A stretch of DNA of 64,000 nucleotides from Eledone cirrhosa (Eukaryota), in the NCBI GenBank assembly GCA_964016885.1, contig OZ024741.1:88660001-88724000 (forward strand), given 5' to 3'. Shown here one piece after another: positions 50,398-62,693 of the stretch. The translations under genes were made by a program, and so were the position numbers. Below the pieces are notes generated by a model that worked only from the letters and a program-made list of their open reading frames with translations, was not told the origin of the DNA and did no database searches. Positions within the stretch are counted from its first letter, which is position 1. Every line of letters starts with the position of its first letter.

Positions 50398-53130
50398 GAC
50401 ACTCTAGTCAGTTAGATTTTATCCTCATCAGAGGACGTGACAGATGGACGGTCGTAAACACAAAAGCCTTCCCTAGTGAGGAATGTACATCCCAACATAG
50501 CTTAGTTGTCAGCGACCTCACGGTCAGAACTAGACGAGCCCTGAAACAGAGGCCAACCTGGAGAAGAAAGATCTGGAAGCTGAAAGTCCCCTCAACCAGT
50601 AACAGATTTAAAGATATTTTACTCAACGCCTACGACAGTAAAGAAGAACAGATAGAGACATTTAACGTAGAAGAGAACTGGGAGTTCCTAAAAAATAACT
50701 TACTAGAGGCGACGGATGAGGTTTGTGGCTGGAGTAAGACCTCAAGCAGGAGGAGAGTGACTTGGTGGTGGAACAATAAGGTAGATGAAGCAGTCAAGGC
50801 CAAGAGACAGGCATGGAAAGAATGGAAGAACGGGGGGGAGCAGGGTACATTACATAGAGACCAAGATGGAAGCTAGGCGACAAGTATACTTAGCTAGGAG
50901 GGAAGCAGAGGATAGAAAATTCAAGCATGTTTTACAACGTGAGGACCAGAAACAGGAGGTATTCAAGATTGCGAGGCAGTGTGTCAGAGATAGTTGTGAT
51001 GTCATTGGAGAGAAGTGTATCCGGAATGATAAAGGTGAGCTTGCCCTCACAAGTGCTGAGAAGAAAGATGCATGGAAGAGTCATTATGATAGATTACTAA
51101 ATGAGGAGAATGCATGGGAAGAAGAGACCCTACAGAGAGTAGACCCTATAGAGGGACCAGCAGTACAAGTCAGCGGCAGCGTAGTAAGTAAGGCAATCAG
51201 AGATATGAAGATAGGGAAGGCAACCGGTCCATCGGGTATAGCTGCCGAGATGCTGAAGGCATCTGGGTCTGTAGGTCACACTATAACCACACGTATCGTT
51301 AACCAGGTAATACTAGAGGGGGCCATACCAAAAGATTGGTGCAGTAGCATCATTGTCAACTGCTACAAAGGTAAAGGCGATGCACTAGATAGAGGAAACT
51401 ATAGAGGTATAAAGTTGATGGACCAGGTCATGAAAGTAACAGAAAGAGTTATAGCACAGCTGATTAGGGACCGGGTGAATATAGACGAGATGCAATTTGG
51501 GTTTGTACCAGGGAAAGGCACCACTGATGCCCTCTTCCTTGTGAGGCAATTACAGGAAAAGTACCTAGCTAAAAGTAAGCCACTCTACTTGGCATTTGTC
51601 GACCTTGAGAAAGCCTTTGACAGAGTTCCACGTGCAGTAATCTGGTGGGCTCTTAGAAAACTAGGAGTAGATGAATGGCTTGTGAAAGCGGTACAAGCCA
51701 TGTATAGGGGAGCAGTCAGCAAAGTTAGGATTGGCAATGAGTATAGCGAGGAATTTAGCGTACAGGTTGGGGTCCACCAGGGCTCTGTTCTTAGCCCTCT
51801 CCTGTTCATCATAGTCCTGCAGGCAATAACGGAGGAGTTTAAGACCGGATGCCCATGGGAACTCCTGTATGCTGATGACCTCGCACTCATAGCTGAATCT
51901 ATGGTAGAACTAGAGAATAAATTCCAAACCTGGAAGCAGGGACTAGAGAGAAAGGGCCTCAAAGTCAACATGACAAAGACTAAGGTCCTTATAAGTAGAC
52001 GAGAAAACAGAACCCAGATCCCCTCAGGGAAATGGCCTTGCTCAGTATGTAGGAAAGGTGTAGGTAGGAACTCCATTCTCTGCCCCAAATGCAAACAATG
52101 GGTACACAAGAGATGTAGCGGGATCTCAGGAAGCTTAATTAAGAATGTAGGATTCACATGCAGCAGCTGTGCTGAAACAGCAAGCAAACAGCCACAGGAA
52201 ACAAGTACCACCAATCTCTGGGAGGGCCCTGTAGAAACAGTAGACAGCTTCTGCTACCTAGGTGACCGAATTAGCAACGGAGGTGGGTGCTCAGAAAGTA
52301 CAATAACTAGGGTAAGAACGGGATGGAAGAAGTTTAGGGAACTACTACCACTGCTAGCTGCAAAAGGCTTCTCCCTCAGAATGAAAGGCAGACTGTATGA
52401 TGCGTGTATCCGAACAGCGATGTTGCATGGTAGTGAGACCTGGGCGCTGAAGGTGGAAGACTTACGTAGATTAGAGAGAAACGAAGCCTGCATGCTCCGA
52501 TGGATGTGTAACAGTAATATACGTGAACGACAAAGCATAAAGGAATTGAGAGAGAGACTGAGCATAAGAGGAATCAAATGCTGCGTGCAGGAGAGGCGGT
52601 TACGCTGGTATGGACATGTGATGCGTATGAAGGATGACAGCTGCATAAAAAGGTGCAGAGCACTAGAAGTTGATGGAAACCGCGGAGTGGGGAGACCCAA
52701 GATGACTTGGGATGAGGTGATAAAAGCCGACCTTACCCAACTACACCTCTCAAAGTCAATGACACACGACCGTGACTTCTGGCGTCACGCAGTAATACAG
52801 GGTACCCGACCTCCCATGGGTACATGCTGAAGCATATAAACAATATGCCCCCCCCCCCCCCACCGCAAGGTGGTCGTGGAGGTGCCATGGCAAAAAAGCA
52901 CCCAGCCCACACTGTAAAGTGGACGTGTAGGCGCCACGAAAAAGCACCCACCACTCACTGTAAATGAGGTTGGTGTTAGGAAGGGCATCCAGCTGTAGAA
53001 ATCAAGCCAGATCAGTTCCTGTATGAGCAAGGCATGGTCAGCCGACCAGACACTGCCCACAACAGGACAACCCCTCTAACCCATGCTAGCGTGGAAGAAC
53101 GGACATAAAACGGTGATGATGATGATGATG
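50398..53130 (+). mobile_element. 5'-truncated RTE LINE (subfamily B) with PHD finger
   Basis: Starts at the end of APE (HSSQLDFIL). One frameshift in a G-run at about 50832-50838, then open through RT (YADD) and PHD to 52830. (GAT)n tail. Confidence 0.96.
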
Positions 53131-53162
53131 AAAGACAGTTTTATTTGTACATCCCTATTTAT

Positions 53163-53232
53163 TTTGTTATACGTATTTCAAAGGCGTAAGGCAGTTGTAT
53201 TACAACTGCACTACATATTCTCTTCACACAAA
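53163..53232 (-). ncRNA. Hammerhead relic (C3G) with inverted partial copy at 53383-53414
   Basis: Minus strand tttgt-GTGAAGA-stem II (gcagttgta/tacaactgc plus extension)-GAAA-tacgta-TA-acaaa, with a palindromic stem III. 32-bp inverted repeat 53158-53189/53383-53414 with 2 mismatches. Confidence 0.6.
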
Positions 53233-56200
53233 TATCCAAACAAAATGTAAAGTTCCATTGATATGTTACCAGTCATACGTGTTATTCACTTCACCGAACA
53301 GTAAGCATATGTCCGAATTTCTCAAGTAGCAGTTCTTATATGTAAGGGAAATAGTAAATTGTAAACTGGCTAGGGTATCAAGTTACGTCTTTGAAATATG
53401 TATAACAAAATAAAATCATCTTTCTTCTTTATTATTATAATAATGAATAAAATATTATGATATTAAATAAAAACCGTGGGGTGCTTCACATCTGTTAAGA
53501 AAAAGTCGGCAGATTTTCAATCAACCAACTTTCTTCAATTGAATAAATATATATATATTGGCGTTAGGAAGGGCATCCAGCCATAGAAAACCAGCCAGAA
53601 ACACCCGTATATGAGCAAGACACGGTCACCCGACACAACTTGCCTCAAAATAGAACCCGTCTAACCCATGCTGGCATGGAAGATGAACGTTAATTGATGA
53701 TGATGATGATATATATATATGTATATATATATATATAAATCATGCTGTTTTTCCTATCACATAAACACTATTTCTCCTTTCATCCTTTTGTTCATCACTC
53801 TATTTTTTGTTCTCCATCTCAGTTACAACTGCCTTCAAAGAAAATGTAGAGCAGAGAGGGCGCTTTGATGAAATGCATCTAGTTCACTCTGTAAAGGGGC
53901 TGGCAAACAAATGGAGATAACATAGTGTAGAGAGGACATATTAAACTCTCTAGTGCTTATGCTATGATGAAATACACTCAGTACACTTTGTAGAGGGGTT
54001 GGTGTTAGGAAGGGCATCTAGCTATAGAAACCATGCCAAAAATAATACGTATGAACATAGTGCATTCAATAGAGTTGATGGAATATAATACTGTACTTTT
54101 TGCTTTTTATTTAAGATCCAACAATATAACTATTCACTATCAGACATAAAATATACCACCAAGGCCAACTTTGCATTTCATCCTTGTGGCGATTTGGCTG
54201 CTATTTTTAGGTTCCCTTAGTATCATACATAGGTACAATGCCTTAAATGTTACCAGAGATGGAGATGGTGGAATGTATGGCATTCATACCTTTATTATTT
54301 GCATTAACAGCGTCTGTGCAGTGCTGTGAATTGACAGAATCATTACAGCATTGGACAAAATGCATTGCAATATTCATTTACAGCTCATTATGTTCTGAGT
54401 TCAACTTTGCCTTTCATCATTCCAGATTCAATAAAATAAAGTACTGGGGTTGATATAATCGACTTTCCCCTTTCCCATAATTGCTCACCTTGTGCCAAAT
54501 TTAGAAATGATAATAGTTGTTGTTTTTTAGCTCCAAGTTAACACTTATGGAGCAGACTTGTAAGCAAAGATATTCCTGTCATGACTAAATAGTATTAGAA
54601 ATATAATTTTCTTTACTTAAGACTGTAGGGTGTTGTTTGAAGGAGATTTAGCTGCTATTTCTAGCAGATCAAGTAACTACATCGAGACCCACACCTTGAC
54701 TCCTCCTTCTTGTGAAGTGCTGCTTACTTGTCTGTGAGTGAGTACATGTAAACTTAACACAAACATTTAGAATGTTTTTTTTTAACAACCTACTTGGAGT
54801 GTAGATCCAATGTAGAAAGAAACCATCTCTTCCCACCTTATATCTCTTCTTTGGCACACCACCACCACCACTACCGCTATCACCACCATTGCTAACCTCA
54901 TGGTTTACAATCCTGACCCCCCCCCCCCCCCTACACACTCCTTTGACCTCCCCTTCCAGGCTTCCAAGAAAGAACAAGTCATAAAAATCAGATGTTACTT
55001 TATCAAAGTACTTATCTCCTGGTAACTTCTTCACTAATCTTGCTATGTCAAGAAGGAAGTCATGTGACAATTAATGAACTGCCAATGAACTGTACTACAC
55101 ACTGTACTTTGATATCTTGATCATTCTTCTTCTCCTCCTCTTCTACACATCACCACCACCATGGTCACCTCAGCCACCACTACCAATTTCCAGGTACCCT
55201 CTTAAGGACTTAACAAGTTTAGTGACAAAGTACACTACAAAAGAGCGATATAGTCAATTCTTTAACCATTTTAAGATACTGCTTATTATTTTAAAATCTT
55301 TTTGAAAATAAGCAAGAATTTTGAGGTATTTAGTAGTATAGCTAATTTTTTTTTATTATTAACATGTTTGGAACACAGCAAAAGTTTTTCCATAAAATTA
55401 TGATGGAATGGTTTTAGATAAACATAAACACTTTAACCCTTTAACATTTAAACCAGCCAGAATTTTCTCAACTCCTTCTGTTCAAACCGGCTGTAACTGG
55501 CCACTCATACTGATGATAAGGTATTGTTCTCAAAATAAATATCAAAATTTCATAGATTCGATATTATGTGAGATAATTATGTGCGGTAAAGCCTTTACCA
55601 TGAAAATATAATAATAAATATAGAGTAATGTAAATACTAAAGGGAGTATCATAGAACCAGAGTCGTTTTGGGAGGTTGGTATTAAAATGGTTAAATGTTT
55701 TTCAACAGAATAAGACACAAAATTATCAATCCTATTCCTGCCTACACCCAAAACCAAAACTCTTACCAGCACCACTATCAGCAATAACACCACCTCCACT
55801 GCTAACACTATAAACATCACCACCACCACCACCATTATCAAATGTGGATAACAAGGAAGTCTCTATGCATCAGTAGTTGTTTTGTTTAGTACCAGGTCAA
55901 TTTTGATCAAGGATCCTGTTTTTTTCAGTGATATGTAGGATCCAATAAGTCCTTCCTTGTTTAAGAAGATACAGTGTAGTTTGAGGGACATTAGTTGCTA
56001 GTCAAGTGATTATGTAGAGATTGGTTGGCACTCTATGTGGTCTTTTACATGCTAGAAATAGCAGCCAAATCTCTCATAAATCATACCCTTCCATTTAAAA
56101 AAAAAGAGGCTATATTAGACAACATAATCCTGGAACTCTCTAAAAATATGGCATGGTCACAGCTGGAATCTTTTGATTTTAAGTCTTCCTTAGGTTGACC

Positions 56201-56731
56201 TGGGTTAGCCAGTAACAATATCCAGCAACACACAAAGCCAATAAGTGAGCTTCTAAGCAGCCATTCGATCTGCAAGAAATAGTAGCCCAATTTCTTTCAT
56301 CGAACTCTACCTTTGAAAAAAATGACAAGATGATCACAGTTGAAATGCCATTCATCATAAGTCTTCTGGATGTGGATACCCACCAGTGAAAAAAGATGGA
56401 AGCACAACATAGCTACCAATGGGATCATTTGAGTTATCACTTTGAACTTGGTTCATCAAGCCATATTATAAATTCTACATTTAGTAACAACATTCAAAGC
56501 TGGATCTTCATCTCCTTTTCCTTGTATCACTGTAATTAATGCACAACATCCTGTACTACACAAAACCAAATTAGCAAAGCATTCTTAAAAATTAGTGTCT
56601 TTAGTTTACTGCAAATTTTCAGTGATCTGTCCACTAGTAAAAATATTATAAACATTTGAATTAACAAATTCATTTTGAAATATTTTCTACTAAATCATTA
56701 CAGGATGTTAATAGTTACAGCGTTTCCCCCT

Positions 56732-57921
56732 CAAATTTGACATTATCAACTTCAACTTCATCAACATCAATCTCATATTTATTATTATCAATCTCATTCT
56801 CAATTTCATCATTGCAAACTTTAATTTCATCATTGTCAGCTTAAATCTCATTCTGTAGGATGGAGCAAATATTTCTTCAGAACAGACATTAACATCAGTG
56901 ATTACTTGTCACAGAATTATAAGAGAATGTAAACATTGGAAATTTTGCAATGGATTACAAGTTTTGAATAGTAAACATTGTTGTACTATAAATACACATA
57001 CATTCAGTATATTAGCTGTAAAATTTCACACTATACTATATTATACTATACTATATTATACTATACTATACTATACTATATTATACTACACAACACAACA
57101 AAGGCAAATGTTAAACCAAACTTCATCAATAAAAACATTTCCTCTCACACTTTTCTCTCAAAAGATCTTGAAATTTTCTGGCCTAACTTATTCTCTGAAG
57201 TTAAACTTCTTTCCAAAATCACTTTATATCTCTTGAATGTGCAATGGAGACTTTTAACCCTTTAGCATTTAAACTGGCTGTATCCAGCCAAAATTCTCTC
57301 ATCTTTTTCTGTTCAAACCAGCTGCAACTGGCCACTCATACTGATGTTAAGGTATTGTTCTCAAAATAAATAATATCAAAATCTCATAGATCCGATATTA
57401 TGCGAGATAATTACAAGGTAAAGCCTTTACCATGAAAATATAATAGTAAATATAATGTAAATGCTAAAGTATTAACGCCAGCACTTGTTTTTGACAAACT
57501 CACATTAGCATGCAAAAGAAAAAAACATACTGGACAGCATTTTAAAAAATGTACGGTATGTTTCATCTACTAGGGCTTGTATAAAGTTTTTTCATTTCTT
57601 CTGAAATTTACTGTTTCAAAAACATCCTCGATTATTTTTATTGATATTACTTTCCTCTTTGTATATTTGTATAATAGTTTGAATACTCGTTCAAGGAATA
57701 TCTAATATAGAGGCAATTTCAGTAACAGCACAACCATGATGAGTGAGGAATGATGCCACTGATAAACACTAAATTGAAGTTGACAATGATAAAATTAAAG
57801 TTAACAGTGAAATTGAAGTTGGTAATGATAAAATTAAAATTGATGATGAGATTGTGACTGACAATAACAAATTTCAAATTGAAGTTCATGAGCTTGAGGC
57901 TAAAGTTGATTAATACATTTG
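56732..57921. mobile_element. Possible degenerate fold-back element with tandemly repetitive arms
   Basis: 56732-56855 (units like aatttcatcattgtcaactt) mirrors 57765-57921 (aagttgacaatgataaaatt). A MITE is nested at 57254-57475. Confidence 0.4.
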
Positions 57922-58055
57922 TCCACAAGCAATACTGATCAGGTATATATATATTTATATATATAAGCAAGATATGGTCAGCCGACTGCCCACAACAGGA
58001 CAACCCGTCTAACCCATGCTAACGTAAAACGGTGATGATGATGATATATATATAT

Positions 58056-58394
58056 GGAGGCACATGGCTTAGTGGTTAGAGCATTGGCCTTGCAATCGAA
58101 AGTTTGTGAGTTCAATTCTCAGACCGGGTGATGTGTTGTTTCCTTGAGCAAGACACTTTATTTCACATTGCTCCAGTTTACTCAGTTGTAGAAATGAGAT
58201 GATAGGGACTGGGGTCCATATCATTCCACTGCAAAGTGGACGTGTAGGTGCCACGGCAAAAAAGCACCCAGCACTCACTGTAAATGAGGTTGGTGTTAGG
58301 AAGGGCATCCAGCTGTAGAAATCAAGCCAGAATCAGTTCCCATCCCACCCTTGCAAGCAGGGAAAAAGCGAACGTAAAATGAAATGATGATGAT
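58056..58394 (+). mobile_element. Full-length tRNA/CORE-like SINE with RTE-B 3' tail
   Basis: A-box tggcttagtgg, B-box gagttcaattc, CORE-like ccttgagcaagacactt. About 110 nt match the RTE 3' UTR at 52910-53020. (GAT)n end. Sits in (TA)n next to an RTE-B tail stub at 57964-58045. Confidence 0.92.
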
Positions 58395-58939
58395 ATATAT
58401 AGGGAGAGAGAAATGTGTATCTAGATTTGATGATGAAAGAAAGAAGCACTGACAGACATACAATATAAAATACTTAAATTAAATGGATTTGAAACTTCAC
58501 CCTATGATTTACATTCAACATTAAAATAATTATCTCTATGGAGCTATAATTCCTGATTCAGTCCTCCCTTTCAAGATCTGAGCACAGCCAATTTCTTCTA
58601 TAGCGAGAAAGAGAGAGGAAGTGAGAAATAGATACAGAGAAACAATCAACCCAGGTTCTGGACTGGTACTTTATTTATTGATCTAGGAAGGATGAAAGGC
58701 AAAGTTGACATTGGTGTGATTGGAATTCAGAGCACAGAGAGATAAAATGAATACCATTAAGCATTCTATCAGGCATTTTAATGACTCTGCCAATTCATTG
58801 CCTATAATTGTCTCTATCCCAGAGGAAAAAAAAAAAAAATCTATTCTCCCCATGGAAAACAAAAGGAAAGTAAAATGGCATGTCATGTGTGAATGATATA
58901 ACAATACAGAAAAACATTAGATTTCTAGTATCTACTAGT

Positions 58940-60130
58940 CTTCTCCTCTTCCTCTTTTGCTGACTTATTCTTGAGAGGTTTATGGGGGCAGAGTCCTCAA
59001 ATACCCCTTCCAGTGGGTCCTATCAGAAGCAACTGTTTCCAGCTGAACTCATGAGTGTAATCCAACCATCTTGCTCAGGGTCTACCCCTGGCTCTCCTGC
59101 CAGTTGGTTTTACCTGAAAAATCTGTCCAGCGATTCTTTCATGAGACATTCTAACAACATGCTTATAGTATTGGAACTGTGATCTCTCACTACTTCTCAC
59201 TTCGGAGAAGTAGTGGCTCTACTAGAAGTGTCTCTCTGATACCTGAACTACAAACTCTATAGTGAGTAATATCACTCCAAAGACTCTTCGGAGGAACCCC
59301 ATTTTGGCCACTTGTATTAGCAATCATATTCTTTTGGTCATTACCCAAGATTCATGATCAAGGTAACGGTTGGCATGAATACCAAATTGAAGGTAGCAAG
59401 TTTGGCTTTTTCACCTACCTCCCTTCTTCTGATTACCAAATGTTGAAGCTGGTGCATTACTGCACCAGCTCCTGCAATTCTCGCACTTAATTCAGCCTCT
59501 TGCCTTCCATTTTGAACACGGCCCTGAGATACTTGAACTTCTCTACCTGCTTCAGTGGAACTCCATTCACATGTAGGGTGCACCGCACAGAATTCCTCAA
59601 AAAGACAGGTGCCTCAGTTTTATCAGCACTGATTTTCATTCCAGCCATGCAGCTTTCAGCATCAAACCTATCAAGTGCAAGTCAAAGATCACCTTCTGTT
59701 GAGTTAAGTAATTCCATGTAGTCTGTAAATTCTAGCTGACTGATTCTACACCTGCCAGTCGTGATACCATTTCCAACCCAGCTGCGCATGTCAATCCTGT
59801 GCATGAAAATAATGAACAGGAGAGGTGACAGTACACACTGATCAGCAAATAAAGAGTTCTGGCAGACCATCTGCCAACTTCATAATAAGAAGTCCTCCTC
59901 CACTCCTGCTATTAGGAATGCATCTGGGGTTCTCTCTTCAGAGAGGTGCATGCTTGTGAAGTGGAGACTATACTTTGATGATTTCCTAAACCCAATCAAA
60001 ATAGTATCTGATATACACAAGGTGCATCTGAGAGCGATGACTAATCTCTTAGAGGCTGAGATCACAAGAGTAATTAAAGAGCTCAAATGGGAGGCTGCTG
60101 AGAGGATGAAATTTGGCCTGAGATGTTAGT
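58940..60130 (-). mobile_element. Decayed Rex3/Expander-like RTE LINE
   Basis: QCVLSPLLFIIFMHRI, ELSARIAGAGAVMHQL...EVGEKAKLATFNLVFMPTVT and KPTGRRARGRP*ARWLDY. Confidence 0.78.
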
Positions 60131-61277
60131 GGGCATAATACAACATATCACCAGTTGACTCAATTCTGTGTCATCTTCATAAGGTTCATCTTCATGAAGT
60201 TGACCTTCACCACATCATCCAAAGTTTTCCTAAGTCTACTTCTTTCAGTTTCCATCAACTTTGAGTAACCTGTACTTTTTTATGCAGCTGTCATTATTTG
60301 TACACATCACATTTCTCTCTTGTACATTGTATCTGATTTTTCTTATGAGCAACTTTTCTGTCAGTTTGTTGATATTGATATTTCATCTTTCATGCACACT
60401 CCAAGTGTACATCTTTTGCAGCATGCTCACCCCATTTCTTTCCAATATTTGTAGATCTTCTACATTCAATCATAATATTATGATGGAAGAGGTTTTAAAT
60501 AGGTACACCATATCACTGCATGTCATAAGGGGAGACTAAAAGGGGTGGTGTCAGAAAGGCATCCGACTGAAAAACATTGTCTCAAAACATGTGAGCATGG
60601 AAAAGTGGATGTAAAAACTATAATGATGATGATAAACACCTCATTGTGTCATAGGACCAAGAGCAGTTTCAGACAGTTCAGTATCATAAAGGTTACTTTT
60701 TGCTTGTCATTTGGATTCTGTTTTACTTTCTGATGTTGAGTTTCCCCTTTTGTGTATATGCCACTTCCCAGACAGAATTGTCCCTAAATAATCTTAAGCA
60801 AGCTTCTCTTATTTCATCAATTTGATAAGTGCTCTAAACTCTTAACACGAGTCACTGGTAGTTTCATAGTCATAATGATTTCTAATTTATGCACAAGGCT
60901 AGCAATTTTAAGGGAAGGAGAAATCAATTAAATTGATTCCAGTACTTGATTGGTATTTTATTTTATCAATCCTAGACAAATGAAAGGTAAAGTTGACCTC
61001 AGCAGGATTTGAACTCAAACATAAAAGGCCATAATTAAATGCCACTTTTGTCCTTTGCTCTAACAATCTTGCCAATCCACTGCCCTATTCACAGCTACAA
61101 TAAAATATATATCTCACTATACATATATATTGAGTTTGGTTTCTCCAATTTCTATAGCCAAATCGACACTCACACACATGTATGTATATATGTATGAATT
61201 GTGTGTATGTGTGTATGTACATATGTATGCATGCATGCATGTTTCTATGTTAGTATATATGTATGTATATTAGTATT

Positions 61278-61565
61278 ATATTATAAACTGAGTTTCAAGG
61301 ATTGTGTGAAAGATTCTTTAACACAGTACAAAATCAACCCATCTGATTGGGAAGTCATGGCATTAGATAGAAACAAGCGGTGCATAGTTATATCTAATGG
61401 TGTAAGATGTTTTCAAGAATCTGCTTCAGAATGAGCTAGCATCAAGCATGCAGCCAAGAAAGGCCAACATGTGGGGACCTCTGTACCTCAGTTTATATGT
61501 AATCTATGTGGCCGAATTTACCTGTCAAAAGCTGGTTTTACGAGTCACCCACGTAAGCACGTAGA
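61278..61565 (+). mobile_element. RTE/BovB-like LINE 3' fragment with CCHH zinc finger
   Basis: FKDCVKDSLTQYKINPSDWEVMALDRNK...FICNLCGRIYLSKAGFTSHPRKH. Confidence 0.72.
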
Positions 61566-62635
61566 AATGCCACAGGTTTGTGTTTAGGAGAGGAAGAACT
61601 GGGTGTAGAGGAAGGGCACAATATGTTTGACAAGATCAGGAGAGATATGATGTGTGATTTGGGAGTGCTGAAGTAGATGTAGCAGGAGACCAGTACTCTA
61701 TGAGGATCAGAAGCTGTACTAGTAGTAGTAGATAAGGTAACACGAGGAGACAACATATCTGTAGGTCAATGATTGAAGTCTGAATGTGAGCATGGATATG
61801 CATGCATATATACACACATATATATATATACATCCATACCTATAACTCACAAATACACATATATATATATATATACCCACACTTGTATTCATGCTACTGC
61901 TGATACTACTAACCTGTCACCTGTCAATCTTGCACAACATGTAAATGAGCCAATATGAAAATGCTTTATCAACAAAATCTGAGAAGATATAAACTTCAAC
62001 CTCAGTATACCATTGTAAAAGTTTGTCTTATGTTTGGAGGCTTATCAGGCCAGTGCTTATCCTGGTTCCATTTGCATTAAACAACTAAGAGTATAAGACT
62101 TCCTCCAGATCAGGAGACCAGTCCATCAGAGGGTTAACTCATGCTGGTACTCATTTTCAGCTAAGTATACTGGAACAATGTGGAATAAAGTTCTGCTGAA
62201 GAACATGATGCGACACCTGATCCAAGAATGAAACCCACAACATTATGATCATAAGTCCAACAGCCTACCCACTAGGCCACATGCTATCACATATACTATC
62301 TTAAGTAAGCATTACTGGTGAATGATAAAAATCTTGAAATACATACATAAGGCAGAAACTGAGGTTACTGTGATATGGTCACAACTTAAAATACTAAAAG
62401 CAAAGCTTGTGTGTGTTTATTATACATAAACATACTCTATATGAGTTCATATATACCTCCATGCTGAATTAGTGCTACTGCTGATAAATATGTGTATGTG
62501 TATATTTATGTATGAACCGAATGGTGTCATGGGAATGCCTCTGTGACATACAGCATGTCTTGGCCATTTTCAACCTGCCGGAGCCCATCCACTCTCCAGG
62601 TCTGGACAGAACTGATGTGAGAGAGAGGGAGAGAG

Positions 62636-62693
<58 letters not shown>

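Noticed and set aside
51585-52700. Long antisense ORFs over RTE copies
   Set aside because: Shadow frames of the RT ORF, with no independent evidence of function.
54669-55070. 133-aa minus-strand ORF
   Set aside because: No recognisable homology. It runs through C-rich low-complexity tracts and has no clear splice signals.
58056-58130. tRNA-like sequence with A and B boxes
   Set aside because: It is a SINE head continuing into core and tail, not a tRNA gene.
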